Part shown: positions 11,340 through 21,286 of the stretch, in pieces | Layout: every line of letters begins with the position of its first letter | Position numbering within the stretch: the stretch's first letter is position 1 | DNA from: Enterobacteria phage RB18 | Sequence record: NC_054906.1 | Length of the DNA: 64,000 nucleotides | Direction: 5' to 3' (one strand) | The notes under the pieces: model-generated | Told to the model about the DNA's origin: nothing | The model's database searches: none | The model's input: only the letters and a program-made list of their open reading frames with translations | Made by a program: the position numbers and the translations under genes

Positions 11340-12470
11340 TTATGGATAGGTATAGATGATACCAGTTTCTAAAGCAGTTTTATGAATGATGTATCCATTA
11401 CGCGATTCTTGGACATCAACTTCTGGATAGTCTTTCATCATCTTCTGAAGAGTGTAACGATGCAAGTAGTACTTACTATCTGGATCGTCAGTTTTCCAAT
11501 CTTTACCTTCTTCGGTCATTTTTTGGATTTCATCCATAACCCACCAACCGCACCAGATGTAAGCTGAAGTACGATGTGGAAGAGGATGAACATAAGGTAA
11601 TTCACCTTCTGGTTCTGGAGCAACTTTATCAGTTACCTGAACTTGACCTTCTGCTGTAATAGTTTTGCTATCATAATCAGTAGCAGTAACAATTGCAGTA
11701 ACTTCAATAGTTTGACTTCCAATAGATGAGGTATCAACGGTATATACATTAGTTGACCCTTCTACAGGAGAAGAATCTTTCTTCCATGAATACTCAATTT
11801 GCGCTTCTTCTGGAGCATCAGTGACATTAGCGGTAAATGTAGCCGAAGCATCTTGCTGAACGTTAATAGAAGGAGGAGTCAATGTAACCTGTGGATTCAT
11901 TGTCTTCTTATTAACTGTTAATGATACTTCATTAGAAGTAACTTCCTTTGCATCATAATCTGCCGCGGTTACTTGAGCCACACACTTAATTCTTTTTACT
12001 CCGCTTTCGGCAGGAGTGTAATTGAACGTAGCGTTAGTTGCTTCGCCCACAGGAGAATCATCTACATACCATTGATAAGTAGCGTTTGCGCCCGCTGGCT
12101 GCGAAGCTAAAGCGGCAGTAAATTCAACAGCTGTTCCGATTACTCCAGCAGCAGGGCTATCAGGAGTTACAGCCAATGTAGTCGTCTGTGTCTTATTTTG
12201 AACTGTGATAGTTGTAGTAGCTTCTGCTGTTTCAGCTTCAGCTTCTGGAACTGTATTTGTTGCAACTACTTTAATAGTCTTTTGTCCAGCAGGTCCTTTT
12301 AATACATAATCAAAAGTTTCTTCAGCTCCATCTTGTGGAACATTATCTACAGTCCAAGCATATGTAATAGGTCCATCTCCAGTTTGACCACTGGGTGTAG
12401 CAGTAAACTGCTTGGTTTCATCAATAACCCCTGTCGGTGTTTTAGGAGTTATATCAACTGTAAAAGCCAT
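11340..12470 (-). CDS. hoc: Highly immunogenic outer capsid protein Hoc (376 aa, Ig-like repeats)
   Basis: 376 aa; Thr/Val-rich Ig-like repeat composition; terminator hairpin downstream. Confidence 0.9.
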   Translation of the reverse strand: MAFTVDITPKTPTGVIDETKQFTATPSGQTGDGPITYAWTVDNVPQDGAEETFDYVLKGPAGQKTIKVVATNTVPEAEAETAEATTTITVQNKTQTTTLAVTPDSPAAGVIGTAVEFTAALASQPAGANATYQWYVDDSPVGEATNATFNYTPAESGVKRIKCVAQVTAADYDAKEVTSNEVSLTVNKKTMNPQVTLTPPSINVQQDASATFTANVTDAPEEAQIEYSWKKDSSPVEGSTNVYTVDTSSIGSQTIEVTAIVTATDYDSKTITAEGQVQVTDKVAPEPEGELPYVHPLPHRTSAYIWCGWWVMDEIQKMTEEGKDWKTDDPDSKYYLHRYTLQKMMKDYPEVDVQESRNGYIIHKTALETGIIYTYP

Positions 12471-12479
12471 AAGTTATCC

Positions 12480-13160
12480 TTATTTTAATGTTACGAAAGA
12501 AGAATTGCGTGTTTCACGAATTAAAACTGATCCGTCACGGTTAATGTAATAAATTAAGCTAAATAAAGTTTGGTGTGCTGACGCATGCTCAAAACTTGTT
12601 GGGTGAGATTTCCAATCCGGAGTTTCAGCAATCCATTGATAAATCCACCAAGGAACAGTACAGAATCCTGGATTTTTTCCAATCAACTGAAGATTCGGGC
12701 TAAAGTTTTCCGGAAGAGTAAATACAGACGGCTTTTCAGATTCAATAATCTCAGCTACAGCCTGTTCAAATTTTTCTTCAACAAAAGGAGTATCTTCAAT
12801 CAAAACATCGGTATTTTCAGGAATTTTATCCGTTTCTACTACTTCAATTTTAATGTCAGATTTAACCGGAGAATCAATCAAAAGTGCTGCTTCTGGATTG
12901 ACTTCTTCATCGTCATATTTTAATCCCTCTGCAGCATCAGCAGCATCAATTAAGTCTTTAATAGATAACCCATCAGTCTCTGGCATAGGTTCACTAGCGA
13001 GCTTCTGGAGGGCTTCTTCAATATCAACAACGATATTATCAAAAGATTTATTCTTTTTGACCTTTATACCAAACTGTTCAGCATATTCAGCTAATTTAGC
13101 TTTAGCTTCTTTGTTATCATCAAGAGCCTTCAGCTCTGCAATATAATCTTTATCTATCAT
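12480..13160 (-). CDS. inh: Inhibitor of prohead protease Inh (226 aa)
   Basis: Length and position between hoc and uvsW; acidic N-terminal half. Confidence 0.85.
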   Translation of the reverse strand: MIDKDYIAELKALDDNKEAKAKLAEYAEQFGIKVKKNKSFDNIVVDIEEALQKLASEPMPETDGLSIKDLIDAADAAEGLKYDDEEVNPEAALLIDSPVKSDIKIEVVETDKIPENTDVLIEDTPFVEEKFEQAVAEIIESEKPSVFTLPENFSPNLQLIGKNPGFCTVPWWIYQWIAETPDWKSHPTSFEHASAHQTLFSLIYYINRDGSVLIRETRNSSFVTLK

Positions 13161-13173
13161 AATATTTCCTCAG

Positions 13174-13181
13174 TATAAATA
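13174..13181 (+). promoter_or_regulatory. Late promoter TATAAATA (uvsW)
   Basis: Exact consensus 30 nt upstream of ATG. Confidence 0.7.
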
Positions 13182-13210
13182 TAGATATATTTATTACATG
13201 GTATTTAGAC

Positions 13211-14722
13211 ATGACTGACATTAAAGTACATTTTTATGATTTTAGTCACGTGAGAATTGATTGTGAAGAAAGTACATTTCATGAACTCCGTGATTTCTTT
13301 AGCTTTGAAGCTGATGGGTATCGTTTTAATCCGAAATACAAATATGGCCACTGGGATGGACGAATCCGTCTTTTAGATTATAATCGTCTTCTTCCATTCG
13401 GCTTAGTCGGGCAAATTAAAAAGTTCTGTGATAACTTTGGCTATAAAGCCTGGATTGACCCACAAATTAACGAAAAAGAAGAATTATCAAGAAAAGATTT
13501 TGATGAATGGCTTTCTAAATTAGAAATCTATTCAGGAAATAAAAGAATTGAACCACACTGGTATCAAAAAGATGCAGTGTTCGAAGGATTAGTTAATCGT
13601 CGTAGAATTCTTAATCTTCCAACATCCGCTGGTAAATCGTTAATTCAAGCTTTGCTTGCGCGATATTATTTGGAAAATTATGAAGGTAAAATTCTTATCA
13701 TTGTTCCAACAACTGCTTTAACAACTCAGATGGCTGATGACTTCGTTGACTATCGTTTATTCAGTCATGCAATGATAAAGAAAATTGGTGGCGGAGCATC
13801 AAAAGATGATAAATATAAAAATGATGCACCAGTTGTTGTTGGTACATGGCAAACTGTAGTAAAACAACCAAAAGAATGGTTCTCACAGTTTGGAATGATG
13901 ATGAATGATGAATGCCATCTTGCTACAGGAAAAAGTATTTCATCTATCATATCAGGTTTAAATAACTGCATGTTCAAATTCGGTTTGTCTGGTTCATTAC
14001 GTGATGGCAAAGCCAATATCATGCAGTATGTTGGAATGTTTGGTGAAATATTTAAGCCAGTAACGACTTCTAAATTAATGGAAGATGGACAAGTAACTGA
14101 GCTAAAAATTAATAGTATTTTTCTTCGCTATCCCGATGAGTTCACTACTAAATTAAAGGGAAAAACTTATCAAGAAGAAATAAAAATTATTACTGGGCTT
14201 AGTAAAAGAAATAAATGGATCGCTAAATTAGCTATTAAGCTTGCGCAAAAAGATGAAAACGCTTTTGTCATGTTTAAACATGTATCACATGGTAAAGCTA
14301 TTTTCGATTTAATTAAAAATGAATACGATAAAGTTTATTACGTATCAGGGGAAGTTGATACCGAAACCCGCAATATAATGAAAACCTTAGCTGAAAATGG
14401 TAAAGGAATAATTATAGTAGCTAGTTATGGTGTATTTTCTACTGGTATTTCAGTTAAAAATCTGCATCACGTTGTTTTAGCGCACGGTGTTAAATCAAAA
14501 ATCATTGTATTACAAACAATCGGTCGTGTATTACGTAAGCATGGTTCTAAGACAATAGCAACCGTCTGGGACCTCATAGATGATTGTGGCGTTAAGCCAA
14601 AATCTGCTAATACGAAAAAGAAATATGTTCATTTGAACTATCTTTTAAAACACGGCATTGATCGTATTCAGCGCTACGCAGATGAAAAATTTAATTACGT
14701 AATGAAAACAGTTAATTTATAA
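13211..14722 (+). CDS. uvsW: UvsW RNA-DNA/DNA-DNA helicase (503 aa)
   Basis: Walker A PTSAGKS and DECH motifs; late promoter TATAAATA 13174-13181. Confidence 0.93.
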   Translation: MTDIKVHFYDFSHVRIDCEESTFHELRDFFSFEADGYRFNPKYKYGHWDGRIRLLDYNRLLPFGLVGQIKKFCDNFGYKAWIDPQINEKEELSRKDFDEWLSKLEIYSGNKRIEPHWYQKDAVFEGLVNRRRILNLPTSAGKSLIQALLARYYLENYEGKILIIVPTTALTTQMADDFVDYRLFSHAMIKKIGGGASKDDKYKNDAPVVVGTWQTVVKQPKEWFSQFGMMMNDECHLATGKSISSIISGLNNCMFKFGLSGSLRDGKANIMQYVGMFGEIFKPVTTSKLMEDGQVTELKINSIFLRYPDEFTTKLKGKTYQEEIKIITGLSKRNKWIAKLAIKLAQKDENAFVMFKHVSHGKAIFDLIKNEYDKVYYVSGEVDTETRNIMKTLAENGKGIIIVASYGVFSTGISVKNLHHVVLAHGVKSKIIVLQTIGRVLRKHGSKTIATVWDLIDDCGVKPKSANTKKKYVHLNYLLKHGIDRIQRYADEKFNYVMKTVNL

Positions 14723-14737
14723 GGGCTTCGGCCCTTT
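14723..14737 (+). terminator. Hairpin GGGC-TTCG-GCCC + TTT after uvsW
   Basis: 4-bp GC stem, UUCG loop. Confidence 0.45.
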
Positions 14738-14747
14738 GGAGAAAAAG

Positions 14748-14978
14748 ATGTTACTAGAATTTAAACAATTTCTTTATGAAGCTTCTATTGATGAATTTAT
14801 GGGTAAAATTGCCTCTTGTCAAACATTAGAAGGTCTAGAAGAACTTGAAGCTTATTATAAGAAAAGAGTCAAAGAAACTGAATTAAAAGATACTGATGAC
14901 ATCTCAGTCAGAGATGCTTTGGCAGGAAAAAGAGCTGAATTAGAAGATTCAGACGATGAAGTAGAAGAAAGCTTTTAA
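14748..14978 (+). CDS. uvsW.1: UvsW.1 small acidic protein (76 aa)
   Basis: Track ORF starts at TTG 14736; first ATG 14748 preceded by GGAGAAAAAG. Confidence 0.8.
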   Translation: MLLEFKQFLYEASIDEFMGKIASCQTLEGLEELEAYYKKRVKETELKDTDDISVRDALAGKRAELEDSDDEVEESF

Positions 14979-14981
14979 ATT

Positions 14982-15010
14982 AAAAAAGGCCCAACCAAAA
15001 AGGAAGGGCC
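14982..15010 (-). terminator. Terminator (GGCCC / GGGCC stem, 13-nt loop, T6 on minus strand) between uvsW.1 and the 55-aa ORF
   Basis: Stem 14988-14992 / 15006-15010; A-run 14982-14987 on plus strand. Confidence 0.55.
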
Positions 15011-15033
15011 AAAACTATAGACTAAAGGTCACA

Positions 15034-15201
15034 CTATAGCAAAAGTTGTGTTTCATTTAATTGTTCTTCCGAACTTTCTGAAACTGGTAGTTCTTTAATG
15101 TAATTATAGCAAGGCCCAGGATGTACAGGACCTTTGTCTGTTTCAACAACCAATGCAGAATCGATTGGAGTTTTACAGACAACACAAATCTTATCTGACA
15201 T
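15034..15201 (-). CDS. Small hypothetical protein (55 aa; MSDKICVVCKTP..., T4 uvsY.-2 position)
   Basis: Not in ORF track (<60 aa); ATG 15199-15201, stop 15034-15036; own TATAAATA 26 nt upstream and terminator hairpin downstream. Confidence 0.55.
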   Translation of the reverse strand: MSDKICVVCKTPIDSALVVETDKGPVHPGPCYNYIKELPVSESSEEQLNETQLLL

Positions 15202-15226
15202 GATTGTCTCCTCTGAATTATATATC

Positions 15227-15234
15227 TATTTATA
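15227..15234 (-). promoter_or_regulatory. Late promoter TATAAATA on minus strand (upstream of 55-aa ORF)
   Basis: Forward TATTTATA; 26 nt upstream of ATG 15201. Confidence 0.55.
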
Positions 15235-15324
15235 ACCCCATCTTAAAGCGCATTTCTTGTACACGCTTTAAACATGCTTCCATTTCTGCTAAAAGTCTAA
15301 ATACTTCTTTATAATTTGTCATAT

Positions 15325-15552
15325 TTACCCCATATCTCTCATATGCATATCAATGCCCATATCTTTAGAATAAAAATATTCATCAAGATATCCGGCAAAT
15401 TTTCCTTTAATATAAAGGACATCTTCACCACACGGGTGGTCGGCCAGAATACGAATATCCTGACGCTTAAGATTATGCTTTTTCATTAAGAATTGAATCT
15501 CAGTTTCAAATTCTTCTTCATAATTAAAAGCATCATCAATGCTATATCTCAT
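15325..15552 (-). CDS. Hypothetical protein (75 aa, T4 uvsY.-1 position)
   Basis: ATG start overlapping uvsY stop; synteny. Confidence 0.65.
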   Translation of the reverse strand: MRYSIDDAFNYEEEFETEIQFLMKKHNLKRQDIRILADHPCGEDVLYIKGKFAGYLDEYFYSKDMGIDMHMRDMG

Positions 15553-15965
15553 TATTTTCCAGCCTCAAATGCTCGCATGTCTTGAATATGCTTAATAGCA
15601 AATCCGCGTGATTTGATAGCATCAAGAGCTCCGCTACAGAAATCTAATAAAATTCCCCAATATTGTAATGAAGTATCAACCTTTAAAACATCCTTATCAG
15701 CTGATAGAACTGTCTTCATTTCTGATTTCTCGTAACGATCCATACTAAATTCATCACCATCTCCTCGTCCCGAGTAGTAGTCTAATTTAGCTTTAAGAGC
15801 AACTTTTTTCTGTGCATCAATTCTAAGCATTTCCTTTTTAATACTTGAATGCTTATTAAGCCATTTACTATATAACATCACATTATTAGCTGCTTCATAC
15901 TGTAATTTAGTCGAATCTATAAACACATCTTTCTTCAATTCTTCTTGAAGATCTTCTAATCTCAT
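15552..15965 (-). CDS. uvsY: Recombination mediator UvsY (137 aa)
   Basis: 137 aa; MotA-box middle promoter upstream; position next to gene 25. Confidence 0.9.
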   Translation of the reverse strand: MRLEDLQEELKKDVFIDSTKLQYEAANNVMLYSKWLNKHSSIKKEMLRIDAQKKVALKAKLDYYSGRGDGDEFSMDRYEKSEMKTVLSADKDVLKVDTSLQYWGILLDFCSGALDAIKSRGFAIKHIQDMRAFEAGK

Positions 15966-16005
15966 ATTGTTCTCTATTCAATTGTTATTGGATGGACTTA
16001 GATTC

Positions 16006-16031
16006 ATTATACCACGTTTATACGTGAAGCA
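16006..16031 (-). promoter_or_regulatory. Middle promoter for uvsY: MotA box TAATGCTTCA + 13 nt + TATAAT
   Basis: Read on minus strand: TGCTTCA (rc of 16025-16031), TATAAT (rc of 16006-16011). Confidence 0.7.
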
Positions 16032-16430
16032 TTATACTCTGTTACTGGAAGCCAGTTGTAGTTTTATCTGCTCAATATCATCAGGGTTATCGATGACCGA
16101 AAAGCGTATTTCTACTATCAGAGTATAATCATCATAAACCGGTATTACATTAACTGCTAATTTATCAATACGTGGCTCATAGTTTCTTACTGCGCTTTCG
16201 ATATTACGCTCAACCGTGTCAGCAGTAAGAGGAGTCATATTCTCAAAAAGTTGGTCAGATAAATCGCATCCAAATTCAGGGTCAAACGGTCTTGAACCTT
16301 TTCTTGTTGTAATAATTCCTAAAAGACTATTTTTAATTGACCTTAATCCAAGTGATCTTGAAACGTCTTTGTTCCAATCCATTTTCATTTCTGGGTCAAT
16401 ATCAGAATAAAGCTTATTAATATTTGCCAT
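16032..16430 (-). CDS. 25: Baseplate wedge protein gp25 (132 aa)
   Basis: Length and sequence match T4 gp25; synteny 25-26. Confidence 0.92.
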   Translation of the reverse strand: MANINKLYSDIDPEMKMDWNKDVSRSLGLRSIKNSLLGIITTRKGSRPFDPEFGCDLSDQLFENMTPLTADTVERNIESAVRNYEPRIDKLAVNVIPVYDDYTLIVEIRFSVIDNPDDIEQIKLQLASSNRV

Positions 16431-17056
16431 TACAATAGCTCAAAGAATTCTTTGAGTCCTCTTATTACGTGAGCATGGGTTTTTCCACACTCTGGACACT
16501 TAATTGGAACAGCCAAATAAACAGTAGGCTTTAAAAGCATATCTTTTATAGCTACAATATCTGACTCTGTGATGATAGAATATAAATCTTCCAGTTCTTT
16601 TTCATTTAAGTCTTCAACTGGAATGCTTTCCCCGTTAGCATGAATCGTTTCTATGCATGATACTATCATGTGGGCTATATTTTTATCATCAAAAATTTTA
16701 GGGTAATGGAATTTAATTTTAATGTCATCCAGTGTATACCAGAGGTCTTCTGGTGCATCTATTTGTGTATGTAATAGATTTATATGGGTTGGTATTTCAG
16801 TTCCACAGGTGCACTTCCAGGAGTTTTCGTGATTAACTTCTCCAAGAGAATGCGCCCATAAATGAATCAGTAATAGTTCTGATTCTTGGCGGTTTAAATC
16901 TTTTGCATTTGTACAGTCTTTGATTAGCTTTTTAACAATCTCTTCTACTGAACCATTCTTTTTAGCAGTAATAAGTTCTAGATATTCTTTAAGAGTAAAT
17001 GCGCGACAGTTGATTATTTTAGAACCAACTCTCACATCAAATTTGTATTCATACAT
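16430..17056 (-). CDS. 26: Baseplate hub protein gp26 (208 aa)
   Basis: 208 aa; minus-strand TATAAATA 22 nt upstream; synteny. Confidence 0.88.
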   Translation of the reverse strand: MYEYKFDVRVGSKIINCRAFTLKEYLELITAKKNGSVEEIVKKLIKDCTNAKDLNRQESELLLIHLWAHSLGEVNHENSWKCTCGTEIPTHINLLHTQIDAPEDLWYTLDDIKIKFHYPKIFDDKNIAHMIVSCIETIHANGESIPVEDLNEKELEDLYSIITESDIVAIKDMLLKPTVYLAVPIKCPECGKTHAHVIRGLKEFFELL

Positions 17057-17077
17057 ATTTAGCTCCTTTATTTATCA

Positions 17078-17089
17078 TATTTATAAATA
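17078..17089. promoter_or_regulatory. Palindromic 12-mer TATTTATAAATA giving divergent late promoters for gene 26 (minus) and gene 51 (plus)
   Basis: TATAAATA on plus at 17082-17089 and on minus at 17078-17085. Confidence 0.65.
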
Positions 17090-17106
17090 GAATAAAAGGA
17101 GCATCT

Positions 17107-17859
17107 ATGGCAAACATTATTCGTTGTAAATTACCAGATGGTGTTCATCGTTTTAAACCATTTACGGTAGAAGATTATCGAGATTTTTTGTTAGTTCGAA
17201 ACGATATAGAACATCGGTCACCACAAGAACAAAAAGAAGTAATTGCTGATTTAATTGCTGATTATTTTGGAGATTATCCAAAGACTTGGCAACCATTTAT
17301 ATTTTTGCAGGTATTTGTAGGGTCAATAGGTAAAACTAAAGTACCAGTCACATTTGTATGTCCAAAATGTAAAAAAGAAAAGACAGTTCCATTTGAAATA
17401 TATCAAAAAGAATTAAAGGAACCTGTTTTTGATGTAGCTAATGTTAAAATTAAATTAAAGTTTCCTTCTGAGTTTTATGAAAATAAAGCAAAGATGATTA
17501 CTGAAAATATTCATTCTGTCCAAGTAGATGAAACGTGGTATGATTGGAAGGAAATTAGTGAATCAAGTCAAATAGAACTTGTTGACGCCATCGAGATAGA
17601 AACATTAGAAAAAATTCTCGATGCAATGAATCCTATTAATTTAACATTGCATATGTCATGTTGTAATAAGTATGTAAAAAAATACACTGATATAGTAGAT
17701 GTGTTTAAGCTATTAGTTAACCCAGATGAAATATTTACTTTTTATCAAATCAATCACACGCTTGTAAAAAGTAATTATAGCTTAAATTCAATAATGAAAA
17801 TGATTCCTGCCGAGCGCGGATTCGTATTAAAACTGATTGAGAAGGATAAACATCAATGA
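17107..17859 (+). CDS. 51: Baseplate hub assembly protein gp51
   Basis: Divergent from gene 26; late promoter 17082-17089; Cys-rich motifs. Confidence 0.88.
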   Translation: MANIIRCKLPDGVHRFKPFTVEDYRDFLLVRNDIEHRSPQEQKEVIADLIADYFGDYPKTWQPFIFLQVFVGSIGKTKVPVTFVCPKCKKEKTVPFEIYQKELKEPVFDVANVKIKLKFPSEFYENKAKMITENIHSVQVDETWYDWKEISESSQIELVDAIEIETLEKILDAMNPINLTLHMSCCNKYVKKYTDIVDVFKLLVNPDEIFTFYQINHTLVKSNYSLNSIMKMIPAERGFVLKLIEKDKHQ

Positions 17860-19031
17860 GTATGTTACAACGCCCTGGATATCCAAATCTCAGCGTTAAA
17901 TTATTTGAGAGTTATGACGCTTGGAGTAATAATAGATTTGTTGAATTAGCTGCTACTATTACCACATTAACTATGCGTGACTCTCTTTATGGTCGAAATG
18001 AAGGAATGCTACAATTTTATGATTCTAAAAACATTCATACAAAAATGGATGGAAATGAAATAATTCAGATTTCTGTAGCTAATGCAAACGATATTAATAA
18101 TGTTAAAACACGAATTTATGGATGCAAGCATTTTTCCGTGTCAGTAGATTCAAAAGGCGATAACATCATTGCTATTGAATTAGGAACTATTCATTCTATA
18201 GAAAATCTTAAATTTGGTAGACCATTTTTCCCTGATGCCGGTGAATCTATAAAGGAAATGCTTGGCGTAATTTATCAAGATCGTACATTATTAACTCCAG
18301 CGATAAATGCTATTAATGCTTATGTTCCTGATATTCCATGGACTAGCACATTTGAAAACTATTTGTCCTATGTAAGAGAAGTTGCTCTAGCTGTAGGAAG
18401 TGACAAATTTGTATTTGTGTGGCAAGACATCATGGGAGTTAACATGATGGACTATGATATGATGATAAATCAAGAACCATATCCAATGATTGTAGGTGAG
18501 CCAACTTTAATAGGTCAATTCGTCCAAGAATTGAAATATCCATTAGCATATGATTTTGTTTGGTTGACTAAATCAAACCCGCATAAACGTGATCCAATGA
18601 AAAATGCTACTATCTATGCTCATTCATTTTTAGATTCTTCATTACCAATGATTACTACAGGAAAGGGTGAAAACTCTATTGTAGTGTCAAGGTCAGGTGC
18701 TTATTCTGAAATGACTTATAGAAATGGATATGAAGAAGCTATTCGTCTTCAGACTATGGCGCAGTATGATGGTTACGCTAAATGTTCTACTGTCGGTAAT
18801 TTTAACTTGACTCCTGGCGTTAAAATTATTTTTAATGATAGTAAAAACCAATTTAAAACAGAATTTTATGTTGATGAAGTTATCCATGAATTATCAAATA
18901 ATAATTCAGTAACTCATCTTTATATGTTCACTAATGCAACGAAACTGGAAACAATAGACCCAGTTAAGGTTAAAAATGAATTTAAATCTGATACTACCAC
19001 TGAAGAAAGTAGTTCTTCCAATAAGCAATAA
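17856..19031 (+). CDS. 27: Baseplate hub protein gp27 (391 aa)
   Basis: ATGA overlap with gene 51; 391 aa. Confidence 0.92.
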   Translation: MSMLQRPGYPNLSVKLFESYDAWSNNRFVELAATITTLTMRDSLYGRNEGMLQFYDSKNIHTKMDGNEIIQISVANANDINNVKTRIYGCKHFSVSVDSKGDNIIAIELGTIHSIENLKFGRPFFPDAGESIKEMLGVIYQDRTLLTPAINAINAYVPDIPWTSTFENYLSYVREVALAVGSDKFVFVWQDIMGVNMMDYDMMINQEPYPMIVGEPTLIGQFVQELKYPLAYDFVWLTKSNPHKRDPMKNATIYAHSFLDSSLPMITTGKGENSIVVSRSGAYSEMTYRNGYEEAIRLQTMAQYDGYAKCSTVGNFNLTPGVKIIFNDSKNQFKTEFYVDEVIHELSNNNSVTHLYMFTNATKLETIDPVKVKNEFKSDTTTEESSSSNKQ

Positions 19032-19509
19032 AGAAGTTTCTATTCCTAAAATGGGTCTTAAACATTATAACATTTTAAAGGATGTTAAAGGTCCTGATGA
19101 AAATTTAAAACTTCTTATTGATTCTATTTGTCCGAATTTATCACCGGCAGAAGTTGATTTCGTTTCTATTCATTTATTGGAATTTAATGGAAAGATTAAA
19201 TCTCGTAAAGAAATAGATGGCTATACTTATGACATTAATGATGTCTATGTATGCCAAAGATTGGAATTTCAATACCAAGGAAATACATTTTATTTTAGAC
19301 CTCCTGGAAAATTTGAACAATTTTTAACGGTGAGCGATATGTTATCTAAATGCTTACTTAAGGTCAATGATGAAGTTAAAGAAATTAATTTTCTTGAGAT
19401 GCCAGCATTCGTTTTAAAATGGGCAAATGATATTTTTACAACTTTAGCAATTCCTGGCCCTAATGGTCCAATAACTGGAATTGGCAATATTATTGGATTA
19501 TTTGAATGA
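18976..19509 (+). CDS. 28: Baseplate hub distal protein gp28 (177 aa)
   Basis: 177 aa; overlaps 3' end of gene 27 in another frame. Confidence 0.85.
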   Translation: MNLNLILPLKKVVLPISNKEVSIPKMGLKHYNILKDVKGPDENLKLLIDSICPNLSPAEVDFVSIHLLEFNGKIKSRKEIDGYTYDINDVYVCQRLEFQYQGNTFYFRPPGKFEQFLTVSDMLSKCLLKVNDEVKEINFLEMPAFVLKWANDIFTTLAIPGPNGPITGIGNIIGLFE

Positions 19510-21278
19510 AAAAGCCACAAGAAATGCAAACGATGCGTAGAAAAGTTATTTCAGATAATAAACCAACACAGGAAGCGGCTAAATCTGCTTCTAACACTTT
19601 ATCTGGACTTAATGATATATCTACGAAATTGGATGATACTCAAGCTGCTTCTGAATTAATAGCTCAGACTGTTGAAGAAAAATCAAATGAAATAGTTGGA
19701 GCAATTGATAACGTTGAAAGCGCAGTAAGTGATACTACTGCCGGTTCTGAGTTAATTGCTGAAACTGTTGAAATTGGAAACAATATTAATAAAGAAATCG
19801 GTGAATCGCTCGGAAGCAAATTAGATAAATTAACAAGTTTACTGGAACAAAAAATTCAGACAGCTGGAATTCAGCAAACTGGAACGAGTTTAGCAGTAGT
19901 CGAAAATGCTATTCCTGTTAAAGTCGTCGAGGATGATACAGCTGAATCTGTGGGTCCTTTATTACCGGCTCCTGAAGCAGTTAATAATGATCCTGATGCT
20001 GATTTTTTCCCTACTCCTCAGCCAATTGAACCAAAACAAGAGTCTCCAGAAGAGAAGCAAAAAAGAGACGCATTTAACTTAAAATTATCTCAAGCTTTAG
20101 ATAAATTAACAAAGACAGTTGATTTCGGATTTAAGAAATCTATTTCAATTACTGATAAAATATCTAGCATGCTATTTAAGTATACCGTCAGTGCTGCTAT
20201 TGAAGCTGCTAAAATGGTTGCATTGATAATGGCTGTTGTTATTGGAATAGACCTGCTGATGGTTCATTTTAAATACTGGTCAGATAAATTTTCAAAAGCC
20301 TGGGATTTATTTAGCACTGATTTTAAAACTTTCTCAAGCGAAACAGGAACTTGGGGCCCTTTATTACAAAGCATCTTTGAATCTATTGATGAAATTAAAA
20401 AGTTCTGGGAAGCTGGAGATTGGGGCGGATTAACAGTAGCTATTGTTGAAGGGCTTGGAAGTGTTCTTTATAATTTAGGAGAGCTTATTCAATTAGGTAT
20501 GGCTAAATTATCTGCAGCAATTCTTCGAGTTATTCCTGGCATGAAGGATACTGCTGATGAAGTAGAAGGAAGAGCATTAGAAAATTTTCAAAATTCTACT
20601 GGAGCATCTCTTAATAAAGAAGACCAAGAAAAAGTAGCAAATTATCAAGATAAACGAATGAATGATGATCTTGGCCCAATAGCAAAAGGATTAGACAAAA
20701 TTGCGAACTGGAAAACTCGTGCATCTAACTGGATTCGTGGTGTAGATAATAAAGAAGCATTGACTACTGACGAAGAACGTGCAGCAGAAGAAGAAAAATT
20801 AAAACAACTTTCACCGGAAGAAAGAAAAAATGCTTTAATGAAAGCTAATGAAGCTCGTGCTGCGATGATTCGTTTTGAAAAATACGCTGATTCAGCTGAT
20901 ATGAGCAAAGACTCGACAGTTAAATCAATTGAAGCTGCTCATGAAGACCTTAAAAAACGAATGAATGATCCGGATTTAAATAATTCACCAGCAGTTAAAA
21001 AAGAACTTGCTTCTAGATTTGCTAAAATTGATGCCACTTATCAAGAGCTCAAGAAAAATCAACCTGAAGCAAAACCTGAAACTTCTGCTAAATCACCAGA
21101 AGCAAAACAGGTCCAGGTGATTGAAAAGAACAAAGCACAACAAGCTCCTGTTCAACAAGCATCTCCTTCAATCAATAATACTAATAATGTTATTAAGAAA
21201 AATACTGTCGTTCATAATATGACACCTGTCACAAGCACAACTGCTCCTGGTGTATTTGGTGCGACGGGAGTTAATTAA
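19506..21278 (+). CDS. 29: Tail tube tape-measure / baseplate hub protein gp29 (590 aa)
   Basis: 590 aa; ATGA overlap with gene 28. Confidence 0.92.
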   Translation: MKKPQEMQTMRRKVISDNKPTQEAAKSASNTLSGLNDISTKLDDTQAASELIAQTVEEKSNEIVGAIDNVESAVSDTTAGSELIAETVEIGNNINKEIGESLGSKLDKLTSLLEQKIQTAGIQQTGTSLAVVENAIPVKVVEDDTAESVGPLLPAPEAVNNDPDADFFPTPQPIEPKQESPEEKQKRDAFNLKLSQALDKLTKTVDFGFKKSISITDKISSMLFKYTVSAAIEAAKMVALIMAVVIGIDLLMVHFKYWSDKFSKAWDLFSTDFKTFSSETGTWGPLLQSIFESIDEIKKFWEAGDWGGLTVAIVEGLGSVLYNLGELIQLGMAKLSAAILRVIPGMKDTADEVEGRALENFQNSTGASLNKEDQEKVANYQDKRMNDDLGPIAKGLDKIANWKTRASNWIRGVDNKEALTTDEERAAEEEKLKQLSPEERKNALMKANEARAAMIRFEKYADSADMSKDSTVKSIEAAHEDLKKRMNDPDLNNSPAVKKELASRFAKIDATYQELKKNQPEAKPETSAKSPEAKQVQVIEKNKAQQAPVQQASPSINNTNNVIKKNTVVHNMTPVTSTTAPGVFGATGVN

Positions 21279-21286
21279 GGAATAAT

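Noticed and set aside
11300-11340. Possible plus-strand MotA-box (GTGCTTTCA) near hoc
   Set aside because: No suitably spaced -10 and no plus-strand gene downstream
12585-13146. Two plus-strand ORFs (112 and 97 aa) opposite inh
   Set aside because: Antisense to a recognised gene; low-complexity translations
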